From: Bacteroidales bacterium
Lineage (GTDB): Bacteria > Bacteroidota > Bacteroidia > Bacteroidales > Muribaculaceae
Direction: 5' to 3'
Length of the DNA: 64,000 nt
Assembly (NCBI GenBank): GCA_029007645.1
Contig: JAQXIE010000034.1
Coordinates: 10,124 to 74,123, forward strand
The notes under the pieces: model-generated
Told to the model about the DNA's origin: nothing
Databases searched by the model: none
What the model saw: only the letters and a program-made list of their open reading frames with translations
Shown here: positions 1 to 10,399 of the stretch, one piece after another
Layout: each line of letters starts with the position of its first letter
Numbering within the stretch: the first letter of the stretch is position 1
Translations under genes and position numbers: made by a program

Positions 1-1
1 T

Positions 2-139
2 TACTCGAATCCCGAACAGACAGTAAGCTGGTCTTCGGTTATCATAGCCCCGCTCATCGCGTTTCTGGCCGATATCTTCGCATATAATCGCATATGCTCC
101 GACCAGCGCAAACTGCGTTCGGCCGACCGTCTGCGATAA
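2..139 (+). CDS. 3' end of a CDS truncated by the left window edge (hydrophobic helix plus basic tail; product unknown)
   Basis: Frame 2 is open from the edge to TAA at 137-139 and reads ...SWSSVIIAPLIAFLADIFAYNRICSDQRKLRSADRLR*. Composition is coding-like, unlike the AT-rich promoter that follows. It is absent from the ORF track because it has no start codon in the window. Confidence 0.35.
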   Translation, partial: YSNPEQTVSWSSVIIAPLIAFLADIFAYNRICSDQRKLRSADRLR

Positions 140-169
140 CCGGATTTTGCATTTCCGACCGAAAAATTG

Positions 170-177
170 TATATTTG
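170..177 (+). promoter_or_regulatory. Bacteroidota -7 promoter box (TATATTTG) for dnaN
   Basis: Exact TAnnTTTG match 33 nt upstream of the dnaN ATG. Confidence 0.55.
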
Positions 178-209
178 CAGAAAGAAAATACCATAAGGAC
201 TGACAAGAT

Positions 210-1331
210 ATGAGATTCAATGTAGACGGCAAAGCTTTTCAGCAGCAGCTTCAGGCAGTCAGCAAGGTTATCAATGCCAAAAACGCACTGAATATCCTCG
301 ATAATTTCCTGCTGAAAGTAGAGGACGACGTACTTAGTATCACCGGATCGGATCAGGAGAATGTCCTGACCGTAAGCATAGCTATATCGCAAAGCGAGGG
401 AGATGGTGTGATCGCAGTCCCGGCACGCCGTCTGCTCGAGATCACGAAAGAAATTTCCAATCAGCCGTTGTGCATCAGCATCAATGACCAGACCAAGGAG
501 ATCGACCTGCAGTTTTTGAACGGTCATTTCAATTTCATGGGTATCGCAGGCGAGGATTATCCCATGCCGCGCGCTCTTGAAGGTGACATCCGCGAAATGA
601 CCCTTCCGGCCGATATGGTGCTGAAGGGAATCGAAAACACCCTCTATGCGGCAAGCACCGATACGGTGCGCCCCATCATGATGGGTATCTTCTGGGACAT
701 CCATCCTGACGACGTGACCTTCGTAAGTTCCGATACCCACAAGCTGGTGAGATACATCAACAGCGAGAAGGCTCCTGGCATCGAGGCTTCGTTCGTGCTC
801 GCGCCCAAACCTGCCAATATCCTGAAATCACTGATCTCCAAGGATATGGCTGAGGTCAAAATATCGTTTGACAGCAAGGGATGCATTTTCCGCTTCAGCG
901 ATTATGTGCTGACCGCCATGTTCATCAACGGAAATTATCCCAACTATACGCGAGTCATCCCGAGCGAAAGTCCGTTCATGATGACTGTGGACCGCAACTC
1001 GCTGCTTACGGCTCTGCGCCGAGTTACGTTGTTTGCCTCCAAAGCATCCAATCTGGTGGTGCTGAATTTCCAGCCCAATGAGGTGCTTCTTAAGGCTCAG
1101 GACCTTGATTACGGAATGTCGGCCGAGGAACGTGTGATGTGCGAATACGAAGGCAACGAGATGACAATAGGATTCAACGGCACCTTCATGATCGAGATTC
1201 TCAACAATCTCAAGGGCGACACGGCCGTCCTGACACTCTCCGATCCAGCGCGCCCCGGCGTGTATTCTCCGTTTGAAAAGGAGGAAGGCGAGGACATTCT
1301 GATTATACAGATGCCGATGCAGGTGCTCTGA
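210..1331 (+). CDS. dnaN: DNA polymerase III beta sliding clamp
   Basis: 373 aa with a typical DnaN N-terminus (MRFNVDGKAFQQQLQAVSKVI) and three-domain length. Confidence 0.93.
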   Translation: MRFNVDGKAFQQQLQAVSKVINAKNALNILDNFLLKVEDDVLSITGSDQENVLTVSIAISQSEGDGVIAVPARRLLEITKEISNQPLCISINDQTKEIDLQFLNGHFNFMGIAGEDYPMPRALEGDIREMTLPADMVLKGIENTLYAASTDTVRPIMMGIFWDIHPDDVTFVSSDTHKLVRYINSEKAPGIEASFVLAPKPANILKSLISKDMAEVKISFDSKGCIFRFSDYVLTAMFINGNYPNYTRVIPSESPFMMTVDRNSLLTALRRVTLFASKASNLVVLNFQPNEVLLKAQDLDYGMSAEERVMCEYEGNEMTIGFNGTFMIEILNNLKGDTAVLTLSDPARPGVYSPFEKEEGEDILIIQMPMQVL

Positions 1332-1362
1332 TCCTGATGCCGCATCGTAAATATTGACAAAT

Positions 1363-2136
1363 ATGGAATTAAAGCTTGAGAGACCGCTGATATTTTTCGA
1401 TCTCGAGACCACCGGAACCAACGTTACACACGACCGGATTGTGGAGTTCAGCTACATAAAGGTATATCCGGATGGAACCGAAGAGTCCAAATCTCGGCGA
1501 CTGAATCCGGAGATGCCTATCCCCGCGGAGAGCACAGCTGTGCACCATATCACCGACGAGGATGTCAAGGATGCTCCTACATTCAAACAAGTGGCCAAAT
1601 CATTGTCTGATATTTTCGCCGATTGCGACATCGCCGGGTTCAACAGCAATAAATTCGACGTTCCCCTCCTGATTGAGGAATTCAACCGTGCTGGAATGCC
1701 TTTCACGATCGAAGGGCGCAGGTTTGTGGACGTGCAGAACATTTTCCACAAGATGGAACAGCGCACACTGGTGGCGGCCTACAGATTTTATTGCGGCAAG
1801 GAGCTTGAAGGAGCCCATTCTGCTTTGGCCGACACACGTGCCACGCTCGAGGTTCTCAAGAGCCAGCTCGACCGATACGACACTCTGGTCAACGACGTAC
1901 AGGCACTTGCAGATTTCTCGAATTCGAACCGTGCCGTCGATCTTGCTGCCCGTGTCGTCCTCAACGACAAGAATCAGCCTGTCTTTAACTTTGGCAAATA
2001 TAAGGGGAAACTTGTAAAGAAAGTGTTCAGTGCCGGAGACGGCCGTTCTTACTACGACTGGATCATGAGTGGCGATTTTTCCAAGAATACAAAGGATGTG
2101 ATGACCAGACTCTTCATGGAGTCGCAAAAAAAGTGA
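1363..2136 (+). CDS. DEDDh 3'-5' exonuclease (DNA pol III epsilon-like)
   Basis: Exo I motif FFDLETTG and a later H-x4-D (HSALADT). I prefer the ATG at 1363 over the TTG at 1354 used by the ORF track. Confidence 0.85.
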   Translation: MELKLERPLIFFDLETTGTNVTHDRIVEFSYIKVYPDGTEESKSRRLNPEMPIPAESTAVHHITDEDVKDAPTFKQVAKSLSDIFADCDIAGFNSNKFDVPLLIEEFNRAGMPFTIEGRRFVDVQNIFHKMEQRTLVAAYRFYCGKELEGAHSALADTRATLEVLKSQLDRYDTLVNDVQALADFSNSNRAVDLAARVVLNDKNQPVFNFGKYKGKLVKKVFSAGDGRSYYDWIMSGDFSKNTKDVMTRLFMESQKK

Positions 2137-2140
2137 CAGA

Positions 2141-3352
2141 ATGCTCCAAGGCAAGCACATAGTGCTGGGAATATGTGGCGGCATCGCGGCGTACAAGACG
2201 GTAAGCCTGCTGCGGTTGCTCACTAAAGCCGGGGCGGAAGTACAAGTAGTAATGACTCCCGCCGCCAAAGAATTCATCACACCGGTCACATTGTCGTCGC
2301 TGAGCCGTAAGCCTGTGGTCAGCGAGTTCTTCACAGCCAACACCGGCGAATGGCACAGCCATGTGGATCTTGGCCTATGGGCAGATTTGATGGTCATAGC
2401 TCCCGCCACAGCTTCAACGATAGCAAAAATGGCACACGGTGTGGCCGACAATATGCTTGTCACCACTTATCTGTCGGCCAAAGAGCATGTGATCATCGCT
2501 CCGGCAATGGATCTTGACATGTACCGGCATCCCACTACACAGCGCAATCTTGCCATACTTGCAGGCGACGGCGTCGGTATTGTCGAGGCAACTTCCGGTC
2601 AACTCGCAAGCGGCCTTGAAGGAAAAGGCCGTATGGCTGAACCCGAAGATATATTCGAGCATATCCGGGACTATTTCGACTGTGGCGGCTGTCTGTCAGG
2701 CCGCAAAGTGCTGATTACAGCCGGTCCTACCTATGAAAAACTTGATCCCGTAAGGTTCATCGGTAATTATTCCAGCGGGAAAATGGGATTTTCGCTGGCT
2801 GAGGAGCTTGCGTCGCGCGGTGCTGACGTGACTCTTATCACAGGCCCCGTATCCCTGCAGTGTCATAATGCGGCTATCCGTCGTGTGGATGTCGAGAGCG
2901 CCAACGAGATGTACGATGCCGTCCGCAATGTTTTCCCTTCATGCGACATAGCCATATTTGCCGCAGCCGTCGCCGATTATCGTCCCAAGAATTACGTTGA
3001 GGCAAAGATCAAACGCGAAAAAATGGAAGAGGCTGTAATCGAGCTGGTGCGCAATCCCGATATCGCCGCCGAATGCGGCAAGATAAAGAGGGAGGGCCAG
3101 ATAACAGTCGGATTCGCTCTGGAGACCGACAACGGTCTGGCAAGCGCTAAAAAGAAACTCGCTGCGAAAAACCTCGATTTCGTCGTGCTGAACACATTAC
3201 AGGACAAAGGTGCCGGTTTTCGAACCGATACAAACCGGATTACGATTGTCAGGGATACTGAAGAGCTAACTTTCCCGTTAAAAGATAAGCGGCAAGTCGC
3301 TGCGGATATCGCCGATGCCATCGAGGCTTCCATCACGCACGATCTTAACTGA
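2141..3352 (+). CDS. coaBC: Bifunctional phosphopantothenoylcysteine decarboxylase / phosphopantothenate-cysteine ligase
   Basis: 403 aa. N-terminal flavoprotein domain (KHIVLGICGGIAAYK) plus a C-terminal DFP ligase domain (GNYSSGKMG). Confidence 0.92.
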   Translation: MLQGKHIVLGICGGIAAYKTVSLLRLLTKAGAEVQVVMTPAAKEFITPVTLSSLSRKPVVSEFFTANTGEWHSHVDLGLWADLMVIAPATASTIAKMAHGVADNMLVTTYLSAKEHVIIAPAMDLDMYRHPTTQRNLAILAGDGVGIVEATSGQLASGLEGKGRMAEPEDIFEHIRDYFDCGGCLSGRKVLITAGPTYEKLDPVRFIGNYSSGKMGFSLAEELASRGADVTLITGPVSLQCHNAAIRRVDVESANEMYDAVRNVFPSCDIAIFAAAVADYRPKNYVEAKIKREKMEEAVIELVRNPDIAAECGKIKREGQITVGFALETDNGLASAKKKLAAKNLDFVVLNTLQDKGAGFRTDTNRITIVRDTEELTFPLKDKRQVAADIADAIEASITHDLN

Positions 3353-3425
3353 TTCAGGAAGATCGTCGTTGCAGTGACGCGAATTTGACCGACAAGACGC
3401 CGCTTGCTCTCCAATAATCTTCCTT

Positions 3426-4349
3426 ATGAACGGAAACAGAATATTATCATATGCTTTAGCGCTTATTGCCGCCGTGATCTTTTCATGCTCCGCGCATGCG
3501 CAGGAACTGCGATGTACGGCCGAAGTCAATTCGCAGAAAATCGAAGGCACAAACAAATCGGTATTCGACAATCTCCAGGAGTCGATCAACTCCTACATGA
3601 ACGAGACCAAGTTCAGCGACTACACTTTTTCACCGACCGAAAAAATTGAATGCCGAATCTTCCTGACTGTAAGCGAGTACAATGACGACCGGATCAAGGG
3701 TGACTTACAGGTGCAGCTGATTCGCCCGGTATATAATTCGACCTATACCACGACTCTCTTCAATTTCAAGGACAACAAGGTCGAGTTCAGCTATCGTGAC
3801 GGTGATCCTCTGATATATAATGCCCAGCAGCCTGAGAACAATCTCACGGCAATTCTGGATTACTATGCCTACCTGATACTGGCCATCGATTTCGACACTT
3901 TTTCGCTCAAAGGTGGACAGAGGTTCTATGACAAGGCTCAGAGTATTGTGCAGTATCAACAGTCGAGCGGTGAAATCGGATGGCGCACATTCGAGGACAA
4001 CCGCAACCGCGCAGCTGTGCTGAGCACATATACCGATACAAACACTTCAGGCATACGCGATATGCTGTATAAATATCATCGAAAGGGTCTTGACGAGATG
4101 GTGACCAGTCCCGACAAGGGGAGGGCGGCTATCACTGAATCGCTCGGCGAACTCAAAAAAGTGTATGACGCGGCTCCCATGTCTGTGGCCCTCTCCATAT
4201 TCCGCGACTCAAAGCTCGACGAGCTGGTCAATGTATACTCCAAGGCTCCCGAGTCGGAACGGACCGCCGTCTACGACCTGCTTCAGCCGATATATCCCAC
4301 CGAATCGCAACGTCTTAACAAGATTAAGAATCCCGAGGAGACCCGCTGA
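3426..4349 (+). CDS. DUF4835-family secreted protein (family reported as T9SS-associated PorD)
   Basis: Signal peptide. Conserved Bacteroidota position between coaBC and recN. Family-like sequence by recall. Confidence 0.7.
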   Translation: MNGNRILSYALALIAAVIFSCSAHAQELRCTAEVNSQKIEGTNKSVFDNLQESINSYMNETKFSDYTFSPTEKIECRIFLTVSEYNDDRIKGDLQVQLIRPVYNSTYTTTLFNFKDNKVEFSYRDGDPLIYNAQQPENNLTAILDYYAYLILAIDFDTFSLKGGQRFYDKAQSIVQYQQSSGEIGWRTFEDNRNRAAVLSTYTDTNTSGIRDMLYKYHRKGLDEMVTSPDKGRAAITESLGELKKVYDAAPMSVALSIFRDSKLDELVNVYSKAPESERTAVYDLLQPIYPTESQRLNKIKNPEETR

Positions 4350-4398
4350 CAAGCTAAGTAGAACAATACAGACCCTTCGGGACAAAACATTATTCAGG

Positions 4399-6084
4399 AT
4401 GCTACGAAGACTGCAGATAAGTAATTACGCGCTGATTGAGGAAGCCGAACTCGAATTCGGGAACGGCTTCACCGTACTGACGGGCGAGACCGGTTCCGGT
4501 AAGTCGATCATGCTCGGTGCGCTCTCACTGCTACTCGGTAATCGGGCCGACTCCCGTGTGGCTGCCGGCGGAAAAGCACGTGTGCTGGCACAGTTTGACG
4601 ATGTCGATTCGGAACTGCGTCCTTTGCTCGAATCCAAAGGCATCGACTGGATTCAGAGCGACAACGGCGATGGAGGAGAGATCACCATCCGTCGCGAGGT
4701 ATCGGCCGAAGGGCGTTCCCGCACTTTTGTCAACGACACAACGGTCACGCTGGCAACTTTGTCGGATATTGCCGGCCGACTCGTCGATATCCATTCGCAG
4801 ATGGCGAACTCGAAACTCAGCAATCCCGATGAACAGCTCAAAATAGTCGATGCTTATAGCGGAAACAGTTCGGAACTCAATCTTTACCGCGAGTCGTTCC
4901 GGGAATTCGTGGGTTATAAGCGTAAAATAAAGAATATCCGACAACGGATGGAGAAAAATCGTGAAAACGAGGAGTTCCTGCGTTTCCAACTCGAGCAACT
5001 CGACCGTCTGAAGCCGCGCAAAGGAGAACTTGCCGAGATTGAGAAACGTTATGAGATTCTGTCGGATGCCGATGAGATACGCGAACGTCTCGGCAGGTTA
5101 CTCGGTCTGATGGGCGACGCCGATCATGGTATCCAGGGCGACATGAGCGAAGCTTTAGGAATGGTCGGCAAGCTTGATTTCAGCTTGTTCGGCAATGTCG
5201 GAGCCGACGCCGACATTCCTGCTCGCATGGAGGCAATCCAGACTGAATTACGCGACATCACATCGACGTTCGAGGAAATGTCGGGAATGATCAGCACGGA
5301 TCCTGCCACGCTGGCCCGTCTATCGGACCGCATGCAGAATTATTACGAGACGGTCAAACGGTTCCATGTCGGCGATGCCGATGAACTTGTCGGGCTGCAG
5401 TCCGATTTGCGTCGTGAACTGAATGAAATAAATGGCGGAGGAGAGGAATTACCCGAACTGGAGCGCCGTGCCAGGGCATGCGGTGCAGAACTAAAGCGTC
5501 GCGCCGAAGCCTTGTCCGAAACTCGCCGACAGGGAGCCAAGGCTCTTGCCGACAAAATTCTGCAGGAAGCACGCGGTCTCGGACTGGCAAACCTGAAATT
5601 CGAGATAGCCGTTGATAATGTCAAGCTTAATCCCGACGGTCAGGATCATGCGGTCTTCATGGGATCGTTCAACAAGAACGGCGAATTGAGGCCTATATCG
5701 GAGATTGCTTCCGGTGGCGAGATGTCGCGTCTGATGCTGAGTCTGAAGGCAGTTGTGGCCGAACGCATCAACATGCCCACGGTAATCTTCGACGAAGTCG
5801 ATACCGGTGTATCTGGCGAGATAGCCGACAGAATGGGCAGGATGATGAACCGTATGGGGGAAAGAATGCAGGTACTGGCAATTACGCACCTGCCTCAGGT
5901 CGCAGCGCGCGGCAATGATCATTTCAAAGTATATAAGCAGGATGAATCTGACCGCACGGTGACGCATATCGGCAAACTTGACGATTTGCAACGGGTGGCC
6001 GAGATCGCTGCAATGATTTCGGGAAGCCATGTTTCGGAGGCTGCCCTGTCAAATGCCAGAGCATTGCTCGGCGGTGATAACTGA
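4399..6084 (+). CDS. recN: DNA repair protein RecN
   Basis: MLRRLQISNYALIEE start, Walker A GETGSGKS, coiled-coil middle and C-terminal SGGE signature. The ORF-track start at 4165 overlaps DUF4835 and reads as junk. Confidence 0.92.
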   Translation: MLRRLQISNYALIEEAELEFGNGFTVLTGETGSGKSIMLGALSLLLGNRADSRVAAGGKARVLAQFDDVDSELRPLLESKGIDWIQSDNGDGGEITIRREVSAEGRSRTFVNDTTVTLATLSDIAGRLVDIHSQMANSKLSNPDEQLKIVDAYSGNSSELNLYRESFREFVGYKRKIKNIRQRMEKNRENEEFLRFQLEQLDRLKPRKGELAEIEKRYEILSDADEIRERLGRLLGLMGDADHGIQGDMSEALGMVGKLDFSLFGNVGADADIPARMEAIQTELRDITSTFEEMSGMISTDPATLARLSDRMQNYYETVKRFHVGDADELVGLQSDLRRELNEINGGGEELPELERRARACGAELKRRAEALSETRRQGAKALADKILQEARGLGLANLKFEIAVDNVKLNPDGQDHAVFMGSFNKNGELRPISEIASGGEMSRLMLSLKAVVAERINMPTVIFDEVDTGVSGEIADRMGRMMNRMGERMQVLAITHLPQVAARGNDHFKVYKQDESDRTVTHIGKLDDLQRVAEIAAMISGSHVSEAALSNARALLGGDN

Positions 6085-6094
6085 CACATAGATA

Positions 6095-6862
6095 ATGGAT
6101 AAGAACGACTATATATTCGGCCTCCGGGCCGTGGCCGAAGCGATAGAAAGCGGCAAAAGCATTGACAAGATACTGGTGCGTAAGGATCTGAGTGGTGAAC
6201 AATCGCGCGATCTCCTGACCAAAGCCCGCGAATACGGCGTACTGATACAGCGTGTCCCGGTCGAAAAACTGAACCGCATCACTATGAAGAATCATCAGGG
6301 CGTGATTGCGCTGATGTCGCCTGTGCGTTATCATAAACTCGAGAATCTGATTCCGGGGCTATACGAGGAGGGGCGTACTCCGCTGCTGATATGCCTTGAC
6401 GGCGTGACCGATACCCGCAATTTCGGAGCCATCGGCCGGACGGCCGACTGCGCCGGTTTTGACGGCATCGTTATACCTGAGCGTAACTCGGCATCTGTGA
6501 CGCCTGATGCGATGAAGACCTCGGCCGGAGGACTGCTCTACGTACCCGTGTGCCGGGAACGAGATATGCTTACCGCCGTACGCATGCTTAAGGAGAGCGG
6601 TATCCGTATCGTCGGCGCCACCGAGAAGGGAGCCCGCAATTATACTGAAATTGATTATACTGATCCGGTTGCGATAGTGATGGGCAACGAAGAGCATGGC
6701 ATTAGCGACGAAGTACTCAGGATTTGCGATGATCTCGCGGCAATCCCGATTCTCGGCAATATCGGCTCGCTCAACGTCTCAGTGGCAGCCGGCGTCATGA
6801 TGTATGAAGCTGTCAGACAGCGCCGTGAAGCATTGGCCAAGGATGCAAATTTGGCAGATTGA
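6095..6862 (+). CDS. rlmB: 23S rRNA (guanosine-2'-O)-methyltransferase, SpoU/TrmH family
   Basis: 255 aa with an N-terminal substrate-binding domain, SpoU motifs (GNEEHGIS, LNVSVA) and the usual length. Confidence 0.85.
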   Translation: MDKNDYIFGLRAVAEAIESGKSIDKILVRKDLSGEQSRDLLTKAREYGVLIQRVPVEKLNRITMKNHQGVIALMSPVRYHKLENLIPGLYEEGRTPLLICLDGVTDTRNFGAIGRTADCAGFDGIVIPERNSASVTPDAMKTSAGGLLYVPVCRERDMLTAVRMLKESGIRIVGATEKGARNYTEIDYTDPVAIVMGNEEHGISDEVLRICDDLAAIPILGNIGSLNVSVAAGVMMYEAVRQRREALAKDANLAD

Positions 6863-6902
6863 GGGAAATAGTGTAATTTTGCTTTATAAACGTGACGAAA
6901 AG

Positions 6903-8300
6903 ATGATAAACAGAGTTCTTATACGTATCAAAGTAATTCAGATACTGTATTCGTACCTGCTCGTCGAGAAGAAATTCACTCTTGAGGAGCCCCCTGCCAA
7001 TCCCACGAAAGAGAAGCGATACGCCTACGGACTATATCTTGACATGCTGGCTCTGATGGTCATGATATCTGAGAGGATTGAACGACGCCGTGGCGAGCAT
7101 CCCCTCATGAAGACCCGGTTTATGGAACGCATTCGTGTGGACGAACATGTCGGGAATGCTGTTCGCCGGCTCAAGTCCGAGGGTATGTTTCTTGACATAG
7201 CCGGTCGTCTGGCCGAGACTGTCAAGGAGTCTGGACTCTACAAGATGTATCTGCGTGACAATGACAAAAATGTCGAAGGCGCGGAGGAGACCCTGTGGAA
7301 CGAGCTGTTCAATCAGATTATAATGCGTGACAGCAGCGTAAACCGTTATGCGATGAGCGTCGAGGGATACACGCTCAAGGGTCTGGAGCGTATGCAGGAA
7401 ATGATGCAGGGCACTCTGACCAATTTCCTGGCTTCACAGGATTCGCTGAGCGAAGGCATCAAGACTCTTGAAAACAGTCTGGCAAAGGCCCGCGAGCTCT
7501 ATTTCCGGCTTCTGGCACTTCCCGTTGAACTGACATATATGCAGGAACGCCGACTCGACAACGCCCGCCACAAGCATCTGCGAACAGAGCAGGACCTGAA
7601 CCCCAACATGCGGTTTGTAGACAACAAGGCTGTCAAGATACTCGCCGATACTGAGGCTTTCCGCAATTACATAGACGAGAACAAGATCGATTGGATCCAT
7701 GAGGATCCATTGCTGATGGACCATCTGCTGAAAAGCGTCATTGATTCCGACCTTTACCGGAATTACATGGAGATGCCTGAGACCGATCTGAAGAAAGACG
7801 TCGAGTTCTGGCGTGAGGCTTATCGCAAGATAATATTCAACGATCCTAATTTCCTTGAGTCGCTGGAAGAAAGTTCCGTATTCTGGAATGACGATATCGA
7901 CATCATGGGTACATTTGTTCTCAAGACCCTGCGCCGTATAGAAGAGAGTAACATACATCCCATCCTGGATAAATACAAAGATGAGGAGGATGCCAAGTTC
8001 GGTTCGCAGCTGATGACGCATGTCTACCACGACCGAGTGCAGTATGCCGAATGGATCAGCAATGCCGTGGCTGACAGCGAATGGGATGCCGAACGTCTCG
8101 CCTTCATGGATGTTGTGATTCTCGAAACCGCGTTGGCCGAGATTCTCAATTTCCCCAAGATACCGCTCAATGTAAGCATCAACGAATACATCGAGATTGC
8201 CAAATCCTATAGCTCGGCCAAGAGCGGCACGTTCGTTCACGGTGTACTGTCGCGCATAATATCACGGCTGCAGGATAGCGGACAATTGTTAAAACGTTAA
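6903..8300 (+). CDS. nusB: Transcription antitermination factor NusB homologue with a large internal insertion
   Basis: NusB-like N-terminus (RVLIRIKVIQILYSY) and C-terminus (INEYIEIAKSYSSAKSGTFVHGVLSRI). I prefer the ATG at 6903. The track start at 6804 overlaps rlmB. Confidence 0.8.
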   Translation: MINRVLIRIKVIQILYSYLLVEKKFTLEEPPANPTKEKRYAYGLYLDMLALMVMISERIERRRGEHPLMKTRFMERIRVDEHVGNAVRRLKSEGMFLDIAGRLAETVKESGLYKMYLRDNDKNVEGAEETLWNELFNQIIMRDSSVNRYAMSVEGYTLKGLERMQEMMQGTLTNFLASQDSLSEGIKTLENSLAKARELYFRLLALPVELTYMQERRLDNARHKHLRTEQDLNPNMRFVDNKAVKILADTEAFRNYIDENKIDWIHEDPLLMDHLLKSVIDSDLYRNYMEMPETDLKKDVEFWREAYRKIIFNDPNFLESLEESSVFWNDDIDIMGTFVLKTLRRIEESNIHPILDKYKDEEDAKFGSQLMTHVYHDRVQYAEWISNAVADSEWDAERLAFMDVVILETALAEILNFPKIPLNVSINEYIEIAKSYSSAKSGTFVHGVLSRIISRLQDSGQLLKR

Positions 8301-8333
8301 TATTAAATAAACTGAAATAAAAACTATTCAAAT

Positions 8334-8705
8334 ATGTTGAATACTATTTTGACCCAGGCTCAGGCTCAGGGCAGCGGAATGAGCGGCCTGTTGATGATTG
8401 TCGCCATGATTGCCATCTTCTACTTTGTAATGATCCGTCCTCAGAACAAGAAGCAGAAGGAAATCAAGCGTCAGCGCGAGGCAATGAAAAACGGCGACCG
8501 TGTGGTGACCGCCGGCGGTATCCACGGCAAGATCCGTGACATCAAGGATGCTACAGTCCTTATCGAGGTTGCTCCCGGCGTAAGCCTGAAGATTGATAAA
8601 GCTTCTGTTTATCCTGCTGTTGAAGAGAAGGCTGCGCCCAAAGCTGAAAAAAGCAGCAAGAAGGAAAAAGCCGAAGTAGTAGCCGAATCCGAGGATAAGA
8701 AATAA
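8334..8705 (+). CDS. yajC: Preprotein translocase subunit YajC
   Basis: A single TM helix followed by the RPQNKKQKE...GDRVVTAGGIHGKI motif. Confidence 0.9.
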   Translation: MLNTILTQAQAQGSGMSGLLMIVAMIAIFYFVMIRPQNKKQKEIKRQREAMKNGDRVVTAGGIHGKIRDIKDATVLIEVAPGVSLKIDKASVYPAVEEKAAPKAEKSSKKEKAEVVAESEDKK

Positions 8706-8734
8706 GCCGACACAAAGGCCTCAGACACAGGTAT

Positions 8735-9709
8735 ATGGCCATAAGAAAAGGCACATTGAAGAAAAGGTGGCAGAAGATGAAATCTTCGTCACGTTTCCAC
8801 AATGTGCTTTCTTTTCTTGTATTTGTGGCCATATCCATCCTGTTCTGGCTAATTATTTCGCTCAACGACAGTGTGACGCAGACTTTCAGCGTGCGTCTGA
8901 AGTTCAACAATGTCCCCGATTCGGTGACTTTCATCACTGATCCCCCCGTCGACATGCATGTCACGCTGCGCGACAAAGGTACAAACATTCTTCGGAGCGG
9001 TGTTGCGAAACATCCCACGCTGAACATCAATTTCGAAGATTATGCCAAGGACGGTCTGTTCAGGATGACCCGCTCGGACATGAATGCGGCTTTTAAGCGC
9101 GAGTTCGGCAGCGGCGCCCAGGTGTCATCATTGTCGATCGACTCGTTGAGATTGCCTTACACTACATCTCCCGGCAAACGTGTGCCTGTCATTGTCAGTG
9201 TGGACGTATCCGCTTCATCGGGCAATATCATAGCAGGGCCTCCTGTAGCCCTCACCAAGTCGGTCAAGATCTATTCCTACGGAAATGAGATCGATACGGT
9301 GAACCGCGTCTACACCACAAGACTTGTCAAGCACGACTTGTCGCAGACTTCTGTCTTCGACGTGAAGATCAGGCCGATAGCGGGAGTTAAGATCGTTCCA
9401 CCTGTGGTGCGTGTTCAGCTTAATGTCGATCCGTTGGTACATAAGGAGGGTTATGCCACCGTCGTGGCCGAAGGAGTTCCGGATGGTCAGAGCCTGTTGC
9501 TGTTCCCGGCCAAGGTACCGGTGTCCTACTATATTCCGATGAGTATGTTTGACGAACCGAATGTTCCGGTCGAGGCCATAGTCCGTTACGATGACACCCG
9601 GGCGACCAACGGCAATCGCATCCCTGTAACCATAGGAGATTACCCAGCCTATGTTGTGAGTCCCGAACTGCATGCCGACAGTGTGGAATACACTTTGGTC
9701 CGTCATTAG
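8735..9709 (+). CDS. YbbR-like domain protein
   Basis: N-terminal TM helix and repeated beta-rich YbbR-type segments. Conserved yajC-ybbR-coaE order. Confidence 0.7.
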   Translation: MAIRKGTLKKRWQKMKSSSRFHNVLSFLVFVAISILFWLIISLNDSVTQTFSVRLKFNNVPDSVTFITDPPVDMHVTLRDKGTNILRSGVAKHPTLNINFEDYAKDGLFRMTRSDMNAAFKREFGSGAQVSSLSIDSLRLPYTTSPGKRVPVIVSVDVSASSGNIIAGPPVALTKSVKIYSYGNEIDTVNRVYTTRLVKHDLSQTSVFDVKIRPIAGVKIVPPVVRVQLNVDPLVHKEGYATVVAEGVPDGQSLLLFPAKVPVSYYIPMSMFDEPNVPVEAIVRYDDTRATNGNRIPVTIGDYPAYVVSPELHADSVEYTLVRH

Positions 9710-9719
9710 AAATTGCAAG

Positions 9720-10352
9720 ATGGAGCTTATAGGCATTTGCGGAGGAATTGGGAGCGGCAAGAGCGTGGTGTCACGCATATTACGGCTCCGGGGCTACGAG
9801 GTATATGACTGCGATTATGAAGCCCGCATCCTTATGTCAGAGTCTGATGAAGTGCGACGCGAATTGACTGGCCGATGGGGTGAAAATATTTTTCTTGCTG
9901 ACGGATCACTCGACCGCAAGGCGGTATCGGCCATAGTATTTGCCGATGATGCAGAGCGCCTATGGCTCAACGAGATTGTGCACGGGATGGTTCGCTATGA
10001 CATAAAAAGTTGGAAGCAGGAACGTTCCGACACAATTTGCTTTGTCGAGTCGGCCATACTGTTCGAGTCCGGGGTGGCTGAGATGTGCGACAGCATATGG
10101 CATGTGGTTGCATCACCTCAGGTTCGTCGCGAAAGAATCATGAAGCGCTCAGGCATGAGCCTGGATAGGGCAGAAGCCTGCATGGCGTCTCAGCTCAAGG
10201 AGCAGCTGCTTTTGGAGAAGTCGGGCAGAACGGTGATAGAAATTCCAAACGATGGAGCCTCGGCTTCTGATTCGCTCTTGCTGACAATTAATGAATTGTG
10301 TAAAGGGTTGACGCATTCGAAGAATTCAGATACACGCAGTGCGACATATTGA
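9720..10352 (+). CDS. coaE: Dephospho-CoA kinase
   Basis: MELIGICGGIGSGKS P-loop at the N-terminus. The ATG at 9720 is preferred over the overlapping track start at 9672. Confidence 0.9.
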   Translation: MELIGICGGIGSGKSVVSRILRLRGYEVYDCDYEARILMSESDEVRRELTGRWGENIFLADGSLDRKAVSAIVFADDAERLWLNEIVHGMVRYDIKSWKQERSDTICFVESAILFESGVAEMCDSIWHVVASPQVRRERIMKRSGMSLDRAEACMASQLKEQLLLEKSGRTVIEIPNDGASASDSLLLTINELCKGLTHSKNSDTRSATY

Positions 10353-10399
10353 TAATTTGAAGATATTGATATTAAATTGAACAAATAGATATAATAGAA

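Noticed and set aside
54-740. 228-aa minus-strand ORF overlapping the dnaN promoter and 5' half.
   Set aside because: It is opposite a clear dnaN gene and crosses the promoter. It has no family resemblance.
4165-4398. N-terminal extensions offered by the ORF track: recN from 4165, nusB from 6804, coaE from 9672, the ABC ATPase from 22282, nfeD from 30559 and lon from 47302.
   Set aside because: The extensions overlap the preceding genes or promoter DNA and read as low-quality sequence. Internal ATGs give canonical family N-termini.
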